NCBI GenBank assembly: GCA_965238005.1 | Contig: OZ250165.1 | Coordinates: 3,744,001 to 3,808,000 of the forward strand | Direction of reading: 5' to 3' | From: Longimicrobiales bacterium | GTDB taxonomy: Bacteria; Gemmatimonadota; Gemmatimonadetes; Longimicrobiales; Gaopeijiaceae | DNA: 64,000 nucleotides | In this document: in pieces, positions 1-9,455 of the stretch | How positions within the stretch are numbered: position 1 is the stretch's first letter | How the letters are laid out: each line of letters opens with the position of its first letter | Program-made: the position numbers and the translations under genes | The notes under the pieces: generated by a model | Database searches by the model: none | What the model saw: the letters and a program-made list of their open reading frames with translations, nothing else | Told to the model about the DNA's origin: nothing

Positions 1-365
1 CAGTTGATAGGCGCGGCGCCGCGGAGGGCCGGAAGCAGCGAGGCGTGAAGGTTCAGGGAGCCCATGGGGGGCACGTCCAGGACCTCGCGCTCGAGGATCT
101 GTCCGTACGCCACCACCACCGAGAGATCCGCCCCCAAGCCGGATATCTCTTCCAGAAAGGCCTCCCCCTTGGGCGATTCGGGCTCCAGGACGGTGAGGCC
201 CTCCTCCAGGGCGGCCTCCTTCACCGCCGAGGCCTTGAGCTGCCTACCGCGACCCGCCGGCCGGTCGGGCTGGGTGACGACCCCCACGATGTCGTGTCCC
301 TCATCGCTCAAGGCGAGGAGCGAGGGGACAGCGAAGGCCGGCGTCCCCCAAAAGAGGATCTTCAC
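1..365 (-). CDS. fmt: methionyl-tRNA formyltransferase (5' part; runs off window)
   Basis: Manual translation from GTG at 365: VKILFWGTPAFAVPSL...VVTQPDRPAGRG...VVVAYGQIL...NLHASLLPALRGAAPINW; directly downstream of def. Confidence 0.95.
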   Translation of the reverse strand, partial: MKILFWGTPAFAVPSLLALSDEGHDIVGVVTQPDRPAGRGRQLKASAVKEAALEEGLTVLEPESPKGEAFLEEISGLGADLSVVVAYGQILEREVLDVPPMGSLNLHASLLPALRGAAPIN

Positions 366-388
366 AGGCCGCTAGTCCTCACAGGCCT

Positions 389-901
389 CTATTCCTCCTC
401 CTGGATCTTGTTCCACTTCTTTAGGAGCATCTTGCGCTTGAGCGGGCTCACGCGATCGATGAAGAGGATCCCGTCCAGGTGATCGATCTCGTGCTGGAGA
501 GCCCGTCCCAGGAGCCCCTCTGCCTGGAACTCCACGGGCTCGCCGTGGGGATCGAAGCCCTTCACCGTCACCTGCGCGGGACGGCTAACGACCTCCTCGA
601 GACCCGGGATGCTCAAGCAGCCCTCGGGGGCCTTCTCCGCCTTCTTGCTGGCCTCCGAGACGACGGGGTTCACCAGGGCCAGCGGGCCCGACTCGGGGGC
701 GTCCTCGTCTCGGACGTCGAGGACACACAGGCGCAGGGACACCCCGATCTGGGGAGCGGCCAGGCCGATGCCTTCGGCGTGGTACATCGTGTCGAACATG
801 TCCTTCACAAACGCACGGAGGTCGTCGTCGAAGTCGGCGACCTCTTCGCCGGGAGTGCGGAGCACCTCCTCGCCCAGAAGGACGATGTCCCGAATGGCCA
901 C
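389..901 (-). CDS. def: peptide deformylase
   Basis: GIGLAAPQIG, EGCLS and HEIDHLDG motifs. Confidence 0.97.
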   Translation of the reverse strand: MAIRDIVLLGEEVLRTPGEEVADFDDDLRAFVKDMFDTMYHAEGIGLAAPQIGVSLRLCVLDVRDEDAPESGPLALVNPVVSEASKKAEKAPEGCLSIPGLEEVVSRPAQVTVKGFDPHGEPVEFQAEGLLGRALQHEIDHLDGILFIDRVSPLKRKMLLKKWNKIQEEE

Positions 902-902
902 C

Positions 903-1217
903 CTAAGACTCCGCGGTGACTTTCCTGGCGATCCGGCTCCGCTCGATGGTGATCTTGGTCTCGCCGCCCGTCTTGATGATCAGGCGATCCTCCTCCGCCC
1001 GGATCACCGTGCCGATGATCCCACCCGTCGTCACCACCTCGTCGCCCTTCGCGATGGCGGTGATCATCTGCTTGTGGTGCTCCCGCTCCTTGCGCTGCGG
1101 GCGGATGAGGAGGAAGTAGAAGATGAGAATCACCGCCGTCATGTTCAGGAAGAACACGAACGTGCCGTCCGCCCCTTGCCGGGGAGCCATCAACACTGCC
1201 AACGCGGCCTCAGACAA
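903..1217 (-). CDS. yajC: preprotein translocase subunit YajC
   Basis: TM helix + FYFLLIRPQRK, GDEVVTTGGIIG; downstream of tgt; start codon uncertain. Confidence 0.93.
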   Translation of the reverse strand: MSEAALAVLMAPRQGADGTFVFFLNMTAVILIFYFLLIRPQRKEREHHKQMITAIAKGDEVVTTGGIIGTVIRAEEDRLIIKTGGETKITIERSRIARKVTAES

Positions 1218-1284
1218 AACCGGTCTCCGCTAGAATCTCATAGATGTGTGGCGGCGCTCCCAAGGAGCGTCATCCGCGACTGCT

Positions 1285-2460
<1,176 letters not shown>

Positions 2461-2551
2461 CTAGAGCAAATAGTCTCGGGCGTGGGCACGGGCCCGTCCA
2501 CCCCATGGCTCCAACTTGGTGAGGTGCTCCGTGGTCCGGTTCCGTACGCTC

Positions 2552-2730
2552 ATGCGCGTTCTGCCGCTGGTGATTCTACCGCTCGCTTCGGCGGGCGTGG
2601 CGGCTCAGTCCCTTCCCTCCCCCGAAGCTACTTCGGCTTCGCCATGGGGACGGACGAGAAGCTCGCCCGGGTGGGACGGCGTCCTGGAGTACTTCGAGAT
2701 CCTGGCTGCGGGGTCGGACCGCATCCAAGT
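2552..2730 (+). pseudogene. N-terminal remnant of a secreted M14-type zinc carboxypeptidase (frameshifted, truncated)
   Basis: Signal peptide, then across frames SPEAYFGFAMGTDEKLARWDGVLEYFEILAAGSDRIQV, resembling the N-terminus of bacterial M14 peptidases. Confidence 0.55.
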
Positions 2731-2975
2731 GGTTCATCCACGAGCATCAGGGCGTGACGTTCCGGTGGCACTACGGGTGGTGGCCCAGCAACTCGTCGCT
2801 GATTGTTCGGGCGCCCTAGCGGGGGCTGACCTTCGTGGTGCTCGCCAACACAAACATGCTGAGCCGGGCGTATGGCTTGGGGGGTGACAGCAACGTGCTC
2901 CGCTCCGACGTTGCGCGCCTCTTCATCGAGGCGTTCGTGCTCGGGGATGAGCCGCTCCCCGCGGGAGAATCGACG
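2730..2975 (+). pseudogene. C-terminal remnant of a beta-lactamase-fold serine hydrolase with in-frame TAG
   Basis: WFIHEHQGVTFRWHYGWWPSNSSLIVRAP*RGLTFVVLANTN; TAG at 2817-2819; no N-terminus. Confidence 0.6.
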
Positions 2976-3105
2976 CACCGAGCTACCGATTCGGGTGGAG
3001 CAGGTCTACACTTTGGTGAACCAGATCCTCGGGGCGCGACGCTAGGCGTCGCCTTGAACGCTCTCTAGACGCCGCGCCCCGGGGACCTGCTGCCGCCACG
3101 AAAGG

Positions 3106-3615
3106 CTATATCCCGGCTGATCGCTCTCCGGTGTGCTCGTCCGCGGCCGGCGGTGGCGGCGGCGGCGCGGGCTCAGCGGTAGAGGCTGGCGCGTCCACAG
3201 CGGATGCGCTGCCCATGCCCAGGACCGCACCGATGACCGCACCAGCCACTCCGAGCTGGATCATGTGAACGACGGGATCCACGAGCGTCGCCGTGAGATT
3301 CAAGACGTTCGCGACGCCGTAGAACGTGAAGTCGAGGCCGAGCCCCGAGATCAGCCCCACGAGTGCGCCAGTCTTCAAGCCAGCCAACGCGGAGGAGTCC
3401 CCGCGCCAACCCATGACCATGACGAGGAACGCCGCCAGGATGACCTGTCCGAGGATGAGCGACCACATGAGTGGGGCTTCCTTCACGGCCCCTGTTGCCG
3501 TCCCGGCATTGCTGGCGAAGAAGTCCGCAAACGCCAGGCCGTAGAGAAGGAACCCCATCACAAACACAGCCACCCCGCCGGCCAGAGTGGCCATCGTGAA
3601 CTGCTTGGCAGCCAT
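3106..3615 (-). CDS. four-TM membrane protein (DUF1761-like) with Pro-rich tail
   Basis: ATG at 3615 preceded by AGGAGG; four hydrophobic segments. Confidence 0.7.
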   Translation of the reverse strand: MAAKQFTMATLAGGVAVFVMGFLLYGLAFADFFASNAGTATGAVKEAPLMWSLILGQVILAAFLVMVMGWRGDSSALAGLKTGALVGLISGLGLDFTFYGVANVLNLTATLVDPVVHMIQLGVAGAVIGAVLGMGSASAVDAPASTAEPAPPPPPPAADEHTGERSAGI

Positions 3616-4157
3616 CTCTTCCTCCTGTCTAATGGGTTCTACCGCTCCGCCCACACCCCAGACGGCAAACATGGCCACAAGGGACGAAGGCACGTTCGCG
3701 GCAAATCTACGGGGGCGTCGGGGCTTTCGCTAGAAATTGGGGGGGCTCCGGAAGATTACGAGATCTGCGCTATCGTCCCCCAGAGCCGTGATCACGTGGT
3801 CGCCGACAACGTCTTCTCGGGCGCACGCACCGTCTGGCGGCTGGAGAACTCCGCCGCTCACGAGATCACAGGGAACCGCACGCTCGCCGAGATCCCGCCG
3901 GAAGCGTGCAGCCCCCGGGCCCTCCTGGGCGCGGCCTACGACTCGCTGGCCCCTTCCCTGCCGGGTGTACGACCGGAGATCCCCAACGTGCCGCGGGTTC
4001 GGCTCGGTCGCTCGGCCATCGTAGTGGACGAGCGGGGACCGTACGACAGGCGGTACGGGTGCGCTACTACCAGCTCGGCGGATGGTCCGAGCTGCGGGCC
4101 GAGGTCATCCGGGGCTCATCGCGCTCCATCGGGTCAGCCGGTCCGCACTAGGGGACC

Positions 4158-4484
4158 TCAGAGCAGCAGCCACCAGAGGACCTTGGACGCCACATGGATC
4201 CTCTGGTCGGTGTGGAAGGCGATCCAGTCCTCGCACTTGGCGTAGTCGACGAACCAGTGGAGCACGGTCTCGGCTACGCCCAGCCACCAGACGCCGGTGA
4301 TCAGCGCGACGGCCCCTCCGTGGATGAGGGAGTGGCTGGTCAGCCAGTAAAACCAGTAGGGGAAGTGCTCGGTGTCGGGGGGCGGTGCCCGGTAGCTCCG
4401 GTGCTTCCCCCTCGCCATTGCCTCCGACTGGAACGCGAAGTCGGCCAGGGCGTGGCCGGCGATCAAGAGGAAGAGAGTCTGCAT
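4158..4484 (-). CDS. DUF3307-like membrane protein
   Basis: GHALADFAFQ...HSLIHG...HWFVD...DQRIH His/Asp pattern. Confidence 0.8.
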   Translation of the reverse strand: MQTLFLLIAGHALADFAFQSEAMARGKHRSYRAPPPDTEHFPYWFYWLTSHSLIHGGAVALITGVWWLGVAETVLHWFVDYAKCEDWIAFHTDQRIHVASKVLWWLLL

Positions 4485-4999
4485 GTGGCTCGTCGGGCGT
4501 CACGGAAAGCGGATTCGATGACCCGAGCGGTGACGATACCGCCCCAGGGGGAGACAATTTATCTCCTCCCGGAGCGGTTCGCTGCACTTTTTTTTGAACG
4601 AACCTACTGCGCACCTCCGAGAACGATCTCGACCCGACGGTTCTGCCGCCGGCCAGCATCGGTGCCGTTGTCGGCCACCGGTTGGGACTCGCCGGCGCCC
4701 TGGACCTCGAACCGTTCCGCGTCGAGACCCGGGAAGTTGGCCAGCAGGTAGTCCCGCACCGCCTGCGCCCGGCGCAGGCTCAGCGCCCGATTATAGGCCT
4801 CCGGCCCCGTGGAATCGGTATGTCCGGTCAGCTGGACGCGCTCGCCCGGCCGGCAGGTGAGAACTCTTCCCACTTCCTGGAGGATCGGGCCGGCCGTGTC
4901 TTCGAGCTCCGCGGAGTCGTTAGCGAAGTTGACGCCGCCGAAGGTGAGGCGTCCCTCTTCCTCGAGTTCCCGCTCGATCTCGCTCACGGGGCACCCGGT

Positions 5000-5281
5000 C
5001 TCGTCCACCTCGGAGCCGGCTGCGGTGTCGGGGCAGCGGTCGATGCCGTCCGGCACACCATCTCGGTCTCCGTCCAAAGCGCATCCGTCGCCGTCCACGC
5101 GAGCCCCGGGCCGGGTGTTCGGGCAGCGGTCGAGGCCGTCGGGGACTCCGTCGCGGTCGCCGTCGGTGGCGCAGCCGTTTCCGTCCACCTGGGCCCCGGC
5201 CCGAGTGCTCGGACAGCGATCCAGACCGTCGGCCACACCGTCATCGTCCCCGTCGGTGGCGCAGCCGTTCCCGTCTACGCG
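5000..5281 (-). repeat. ~90-bp tandem coding repeats (TSP type-3 repeats)
   Basis: Recurrent 30-aa unit DGDxDGVxDGxDRCPxTxxGAxVDxxGC; DNA ccgtcggtggcgcagccgtt at 5160 and 5250. Confidence 0.85.
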
Positions 5282-5387
5282 GGGACTTATATAGGATCGT
5301 AGCAACGTCCCATATTATCGTTTCACCCTCGCGAATACGATAAGAGAGTAGGGAGAAGAGGATTTAGGATTACGCGAGGAGAGAGAT

Positions 5388-6356
5388 ATGGCTGCGCCCG
5401 GTAAATACTTTCGTAAGGGACTTTCGCTAGTAGACATCATCCGGATGTTCCCGGACGACGAGGCGGCGGAGAAGTGGATCGCGGAGTGTCGTTGGGGCGA
5501 GGAGCCTGCTTGTCCTCACTGCGGCGGCCTTGACGTACAGGTGGGGGCGAAACATCCTAGCCAGCCCTACCGGTGTCGCGTAAAGGGCTGCAGGAAATAT
5601 TTCTCCGTCCGTACCGGTACGGCCATGGAGCAGAGCAATCTCGGATATCAGATATGGGCGATAACATGCTATCTGGTCGCGACGGGCCTCAAGGGACAGT
5701 CCTCCATGAAGCTCCACAGGGATCTAGGCGTGACTCAGAAAACCGCGTGGTTCCTAGCTCACCGCATCCGAAAGGCGTGGGAGGGCCAGCAGCACGACTT
5801 CGAGGGACCGGTGGAGGTAGACGAGACCTATGTCGGCGGCTTAGAGAAGAACCGCCACTGGAAGAACCGCACCGGACGTGGGATGGGTCACGGACACTCC
5901 GACAAGACCGCCGTGGCTGGAGTAAAGGATCGGGCGACCAACCGGGTCACCGCACGTGTCATCGAACGGGCCAACAAGCCTACCCTGCAGAGGTTCATCC
6001 GAGAGGTGACCAAGGACGTGTCTGAGGACGGCGCGAAGATCTACACCGACGAGGCCGGTTGCTACGCGGGCCTGCCGAACCATGAGACCGTCAAGCATCG
6101 AGTCGGCCAGTACGTGGACCGCGAAGCACACACAAACGGCATAGAGAGCTTTTGGAGCATGCTCAAGCGCGGCTACCATGGGACCTATCACCTTATGAGT
6201 CCTAAGCACCTGCAGCGCTACGTCAATGAGTTTTCCGGGAGGCACAACATCCGGCCCCTCGATACCATCGCACAGATGAAGTCCATCATCCGGGGTCTAG
6301 AGGGCAAAAGGCTGACCTACCGGGAGCTGACGGCTCCTCCTGATACCTACGCTTGA
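5388..6356 (+). CDS. IS1595-family DDE transposase
   Basis: Zn ribbon CPHC...CRVKGC, HTH (LGVTQKTAW), VEVDETY, IYTDE, HTNGIESFWS, YVNEFSGRHN. Confidence 0.95.
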   Translation: MAAPGKYFRKGLSLVDIIRMFPDDEAAEKWIAECRWGEEPACPHCGGLDVQVGAKHPSQPYRCRVKGCRKYFSVRTGTAMEQSNLGYQIWAITCYLVATGLKGQSSMKLHRDLGVTQKTAWFLAHRIRKAWEGQQHDFEGPVEVDETYVGGLEKNRHWKNRTGRGMGHGHSDKTAVAGVKDRATNRVTARVIERANKPTLQRFIREVTKDVSEDGAKIYTDEAGCYAGLPNHETVKHRVGQYVDREAHTNGIESFWSMLKRGYHGTYHLMSPKHLQRYVNEFSGRHNIRPLDTIAQMKSIIRGLEGKRLTYRELTAPPDTYA

Positions 6357-6382
6357 CGGGGGCGGACTCCGCGTGATTTTAT
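6353..6382 (+). promoter_or_regulatory. putative sigma70 promoter overlapping the transposase stop
   Basis: TTGACG-N18-TTTTAT with extended -10 TG; points into a structured region. Confidence 0.45.
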
Positions 6383-6536
6383 AGGGGATACGGAGGGTAG
6401 CGGTGTCAACTGACACTCGGAGGAGCATTCTCTGAGCGTTGCCTGTCGAGGACGTCGTCCTCATCTGCCGTACGGTCGTCGACCGATGCTCAAAACAGCG
6501 CGGCCCGGATTGACACTGCTATCCTCCGTATTCTCT
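6383..6536 (+). ncRNA. putative structured ncRNA (IS1595 cargo RNA 1)
   Basis: 27-bp uninterrupted helix 6383-6409/6510-6536 whose 4 non-Watson-Crick pairs are all G-U on +; inner stem GAGCAT/ATGCTC; hairpins GAGGAC-gtc-GTCCTC and CGGTC-gtc-GACCG. Confidence 0.55.
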
Positions 6537-6553
6537 CCTACCCCGCATGGCGA

Positions 6554-6829
6554 TCAGGTGTTCCCCGAGTCCCGCCGCTTCTGTTCCTGGTACTCCCGCT
6601 CCCGCTCTAGCCGGTCCTTGTCTTTTTGGGCCTCTTCCTTGACGGTATGCCAGACAAAGTAGCCTAACACGGCTACTACGATCATGACCATGAAGATGAT
6701 AAGTTCCGGATTCGCGATTAAATAGAGGACGCCTACACTCATCATACCGAAGATACCGAGGAGAAGAGCGCCCACGAATGGGGCGGCTATAATGCCTAGA
6801 GCAATGAGCAGGACGACTAGGCAGGGCAT
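6554..6829 (-). CDS. small membrane protein with charged C-terminal tail (IS passenger)
   Basis: 91 aa from ATG 6829; about 60 hydrophobic residues then KEEAQKDKDRLEREREYQEQKRR. Confidence 0.65.
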   Translation of the reverse strand: MPCLVVLLIALGIIAAPFVGALLLGIFGMMSVGVLYLIANPELIIFMVMIVVAVLGYFVWHTVKEEAQKDKDRLEREREYQEQKRRDSGNT

Positions 6830-6886
6830 CCGGGGCGAGTCCTGTGTGTGAGGATGCGCCCGGACATGGGTGTCGGGCCATTTGGT

Positions 6887-7028
6887 CACCACAGCACAGG
6901 AGATCGTGCAGGTCCTGCCTATTCGCCCTGCCTAAAGCTCAACGGGAGCTACCCGCGTAGTGCGGCCTTAGACAATACAGGCTGTGTTATTCGGCAGGTA
7001 ACCCGACTCAGGGTCCTGCACTGTAGTG
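6887..7028 (-). ncRNA. putative structured RNA or 5' leader (IS1595 cargo RNA 2)
   Basis: 14-bp closing helix 7028-7015/6900-6887 with 3 G-U pairs valid only on -; inner CCTGCC/GGCAGG stem and small hairpins; minus-strand promoter TTGCAG-N17-TAAATT just upstream. Confidence 0.45.
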
Positions 7029-7142
7029 ACAGAGCCAATTTATCATACCTGAAGCTGGGCTGCAACTACTATTGTGTCGGGAGGGTATACGGCGATAATC
7101 TGTTGTACGGACTGACTTTACCAATCCACAGGGAGGCATAGC

Positions 7143-7307
7143 ATGGACGCCGCCGACACCAAGTCAGAACCGGATGAGCTACAGATGCCGGAGCCCATAC
7201 CGGACACGCCTGAAAATATCATGAAGGCGATCCTGGCTACGCCGCCTCGCCGTCCGGAGGATTGGAAGTTCGTGGAGGAGTCCGAGGAGGGGGAGGATGA
7301 AGCTTGA
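7143..7307 (+). CDS. 54-aa acidic/Pro-rich small protein (IS passenger; below ORF-track cutoff)
   Basis: GGGAGG RBS; MDAADTKSEPDELQMPEPIPDTPENIMKAILATPPRRPEDWKFVEESEEGEDEA. Confidence 0.65.
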   Translation: MDAADTKSEPDELQMPEPIPDTPENIMKAILATPPRRPEDWKFVEESEEGEDEA

Positions 7308-7330
7308 CAGGAGCGATTATGGGGTGATTT

Positions 7331-7496
7331 CGTGAGAAGGTAGCCGCAGGGCGGTGTGCTAGCGCCCCGTTCTAGGCGGCTACGGTGGACTCATTGCATA
7401 GGCATCACCTTCCTTTGGTTGGTCACCTGCCTTTCTTCTCCTTTCTGCCCGCCTTGGGTTCTAGGGGCCAGCCGAGCGTATTCTCGGCTGGCCTCA
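7331..7496. ncRNA. putative structured RNA (IS1595 cargo RNA 3) with SD/anti-SD-like tracts
   Basis: GTAGCCGC/GCGGCTAC stem with inner GGGCG/CGCCC; three pyrimidine tracts resembling the 16S 3' end; perfect 11-bp hairpin 7466-7493; TTGACA at 7304. Confidence 0.35.
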
Positions 7497-8573
7497 TCTG
7501 TATCTACCCCGCAAGCTAGGAGTATTCCGCTGAGATGCGGCATGCGATAATGTGGGACGTTGCTACGGCCATATATAATCCCCTCTACGCGGGCTCCGGC
7601 CGGAGTGGAGGGACACTGGTCCGCGTGGTCAGCCACGCCGTCTCGATCCGAGTCGAGCGCACAGCCGCGTGCATCGACGCTGGCGCCCATGGGTGTGTCG
7701 GGGCAGGCGTCCGAGCTGTCGTCTACACCATCCCTGTCGGAATCCTGGCTTCCACTTGCACTCAGGAAGAAGGAGGCGCCCAGCGTGAACCCCCAGCCCC
7801 AGAACGTCTCTTTGGAAAGCGCCGAGCCGGCCAGCGCGGCAGCGGTGTTCGCCAGTGCGTCCGGGACCTGGTGCATTCGGGCCTCAGCCCGAAGCGCGAT
7901 CCTTGGGGTCAGCGAGAACCGCACCCCACCGCCGTACGTCAGCGTGAGGTCGGTCTCGGAGTCGAGTCCCTCGGGGCTCCAGCTCGAAGCTCCCAGGCCG
8001 GCGACGCCGTACGCCTGGATCCGCTCACCGAGCGGGACGTTGTAACCCACCCCAGCGCTGAAGAGCACCAGGTCCAGGTCCACCACACCTCCTGTCTCCA
8101 GCCTCATGTCCAGGGGGAAGTATCCACCCTCGGCATCCACGAAGAGGCCCGAGGCGAAGTTGTAGGCCACGTGGCCTCCGCCGAAGATGTTCCTGGCCGG
8201 ATCGACGAAGACCGAGCTGCTGCCGTCCGGATGGAATTCCGGTTGGTCGTCGAAGACCCCTACGAATGGAGAGATCTCCCATCCTGTGGGAACCCACCCG
8301 CCGGAGTCTTGGGCGGCAAGGGCACTCGGGGGAAGGCGAAGGTCACGGCCAAAGCCGACAGCGCTCGAATCACGGTGGCGATCCTTTCGTGTCCAGTCGT
8401 GTTACCAGATCACGCCTAATTCGCACCTTCAAATATACCTACACCCTCGATCTCCTCCACAGGGGAAAAATGGAAGGGGCATCGGGGAGCACGAAATCCG
8501 CTCAGGACCCGAACGCGTAGTCCCGCACCTCCGCCAGGTTGCGCCGTGACAAGGAACCAGCAGCTTACCTCCC

Positions 8574-9455
8574 ATGTTCGACTCCATCGAAGAGGCCGGA
8601 CGTACCCTGGCCGGCCACGCATACCTCTCCGACGTGGGGCTGTCGACCAGCCTCTTCCTGGCCTTGCGGATGGAGAAGGCCCTCTTCCTCGAGGGCGAGC
8701 CGGGCGTGGGAAAGACCGAGCTGGCCCACGTCGTGGCCAAGGCCCTCGATACGACCCTCATTCGGCTGCAATGCTATGAGGGCCTCGACCTCGGCCAGGC
8801 GGTGTACGAGTGGAACTATCCGCGCCAGCTGCTCGAGATCCAGGCCGGCGTCACGTCCGGAGAGGGGCTCTCGACCGCCGACATCTTCACCGAGGAGTAC
8901 CTTCTCAAGAGGCCCCTGCTGCAGGCGATCGACGCCAGCCACGAGCGCCGTCCGGTCCTCCTGATCGACGAGCTCGATCGAGCCGACGAGGAGTTCGAAT
9001 CCTTCCTGCTCGAGCTCCTGGCCGACTTCCAGGTCACGGTGCCGGAGATCGGAACTCTCCGGGCCGAGCACGTGCCCATCGTCTTCGTCACCTCCAACCG
9101 CACCCGGGAGATCCACGACGCGCTGAAGCGGCGATGCATCTACCACTGGATCGACTATCCGTCGGCCGAGAGGGAGCTGGAGATCGTCCAGACCAGGGTC
9201 CCCGAGGTCGGCCCGGCCCTGGCCGAGGAGATCGTGCGATTCGTCCAGGTGCTGCGAGACCAGGATCTGTACAAGCTGCCGGGTGTGGCGGAGTCCCTCG
9301 ACTGGGCTCGGGCTCTCAACCACCTGAACGCGACCGAGCTGAGTGAGGATCTAGTCGTTACGACACTGGGCTTCCTTCTGAAGTATCAAGACGACGTGGA
9401 CAAGGTGAGCGGTACCGTGGCGAGGGAGTGGTTGGACCGCGCCGCGGCAGACTGA
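8574..9455 (+). CDS. coxD: MoxR-family AAA+ ATPase (CODH maturation)
   Basis: GEPGVGKT, LIRLQCYEG, LLIDELDR, HDALKRRC; cox context. Confidence 0.88.
   Translation: MFDSIEEAGRTLAGHAYLSDVGLSTSLFLALRMEKALFLEGEPGVGKTELAHVVAKALDTTLIRLQCYEGLDLGQAVYEWNYPRQLLEIQAGVTSGEGLSTADIFTEEYLLKRPLLQAIDASHERRPVLLIDELDRADEEFESFLLELLADFQVTVPEIGTLRAEHVPIVFVTSNRTREIHDALKRRCIYHWIDYPSAERELEIVQTRVPEVGPALAEEIVRFVQVLRDQDLYKLPGVAESLDWARALNHLNATELSEDLVVTTLGFLLKYQDDVDKVSGTVAREWLDRAAAD

Larger units (their letters stand above)
5282..7583 (+). mobile_element. complete IS1595-family element with passenger region (2302 bp)
   Basis: TIRs 5282-5320 and 7545-7583 (33/39 identical); 8-bp TSD TCTACGCG at 5274-5281 and 7584-7591; lower GC than flanks. 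Confidence 0.95.
4604..8373 (-). pseudogene. OmpA-family outer membrane protein (N-terminal beta-barrel, TSP3 Ca-binding repeats, C-terminal OmpA domain) interrupted by IS1595
   Basis: GTG 8373 with RBS and signal peptide; barrel strands (AGVGYN, TYGGGVRF); DxDxDGVxDxxDxCP repeats on both sides of the IS; GHTD...NRALSLRRA...NRRVEI; extra 1-nt shift in a homopolymer near 8330. Confidence 0.9.

Noticed and set aside
3720..4150. Coding-like + strand stretch (SRDHVVADNVFSG...HEITGNR), perhaps a beta-helix fragment
   Set aside because: No start or RBS and no family I can support
5000..5281. CRISPR or non-coding tandem repeat
   Set aside because: The repeats are in-frame TSP3 protein repeats
6383..6536. 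Retron msr-msd or hammerhead ribozyme assignment
   Set aside because: No reverse transcriptase in the window; the minus-strand CAGATGAG...GACA does not fit the CUGAUGA/GAAA core
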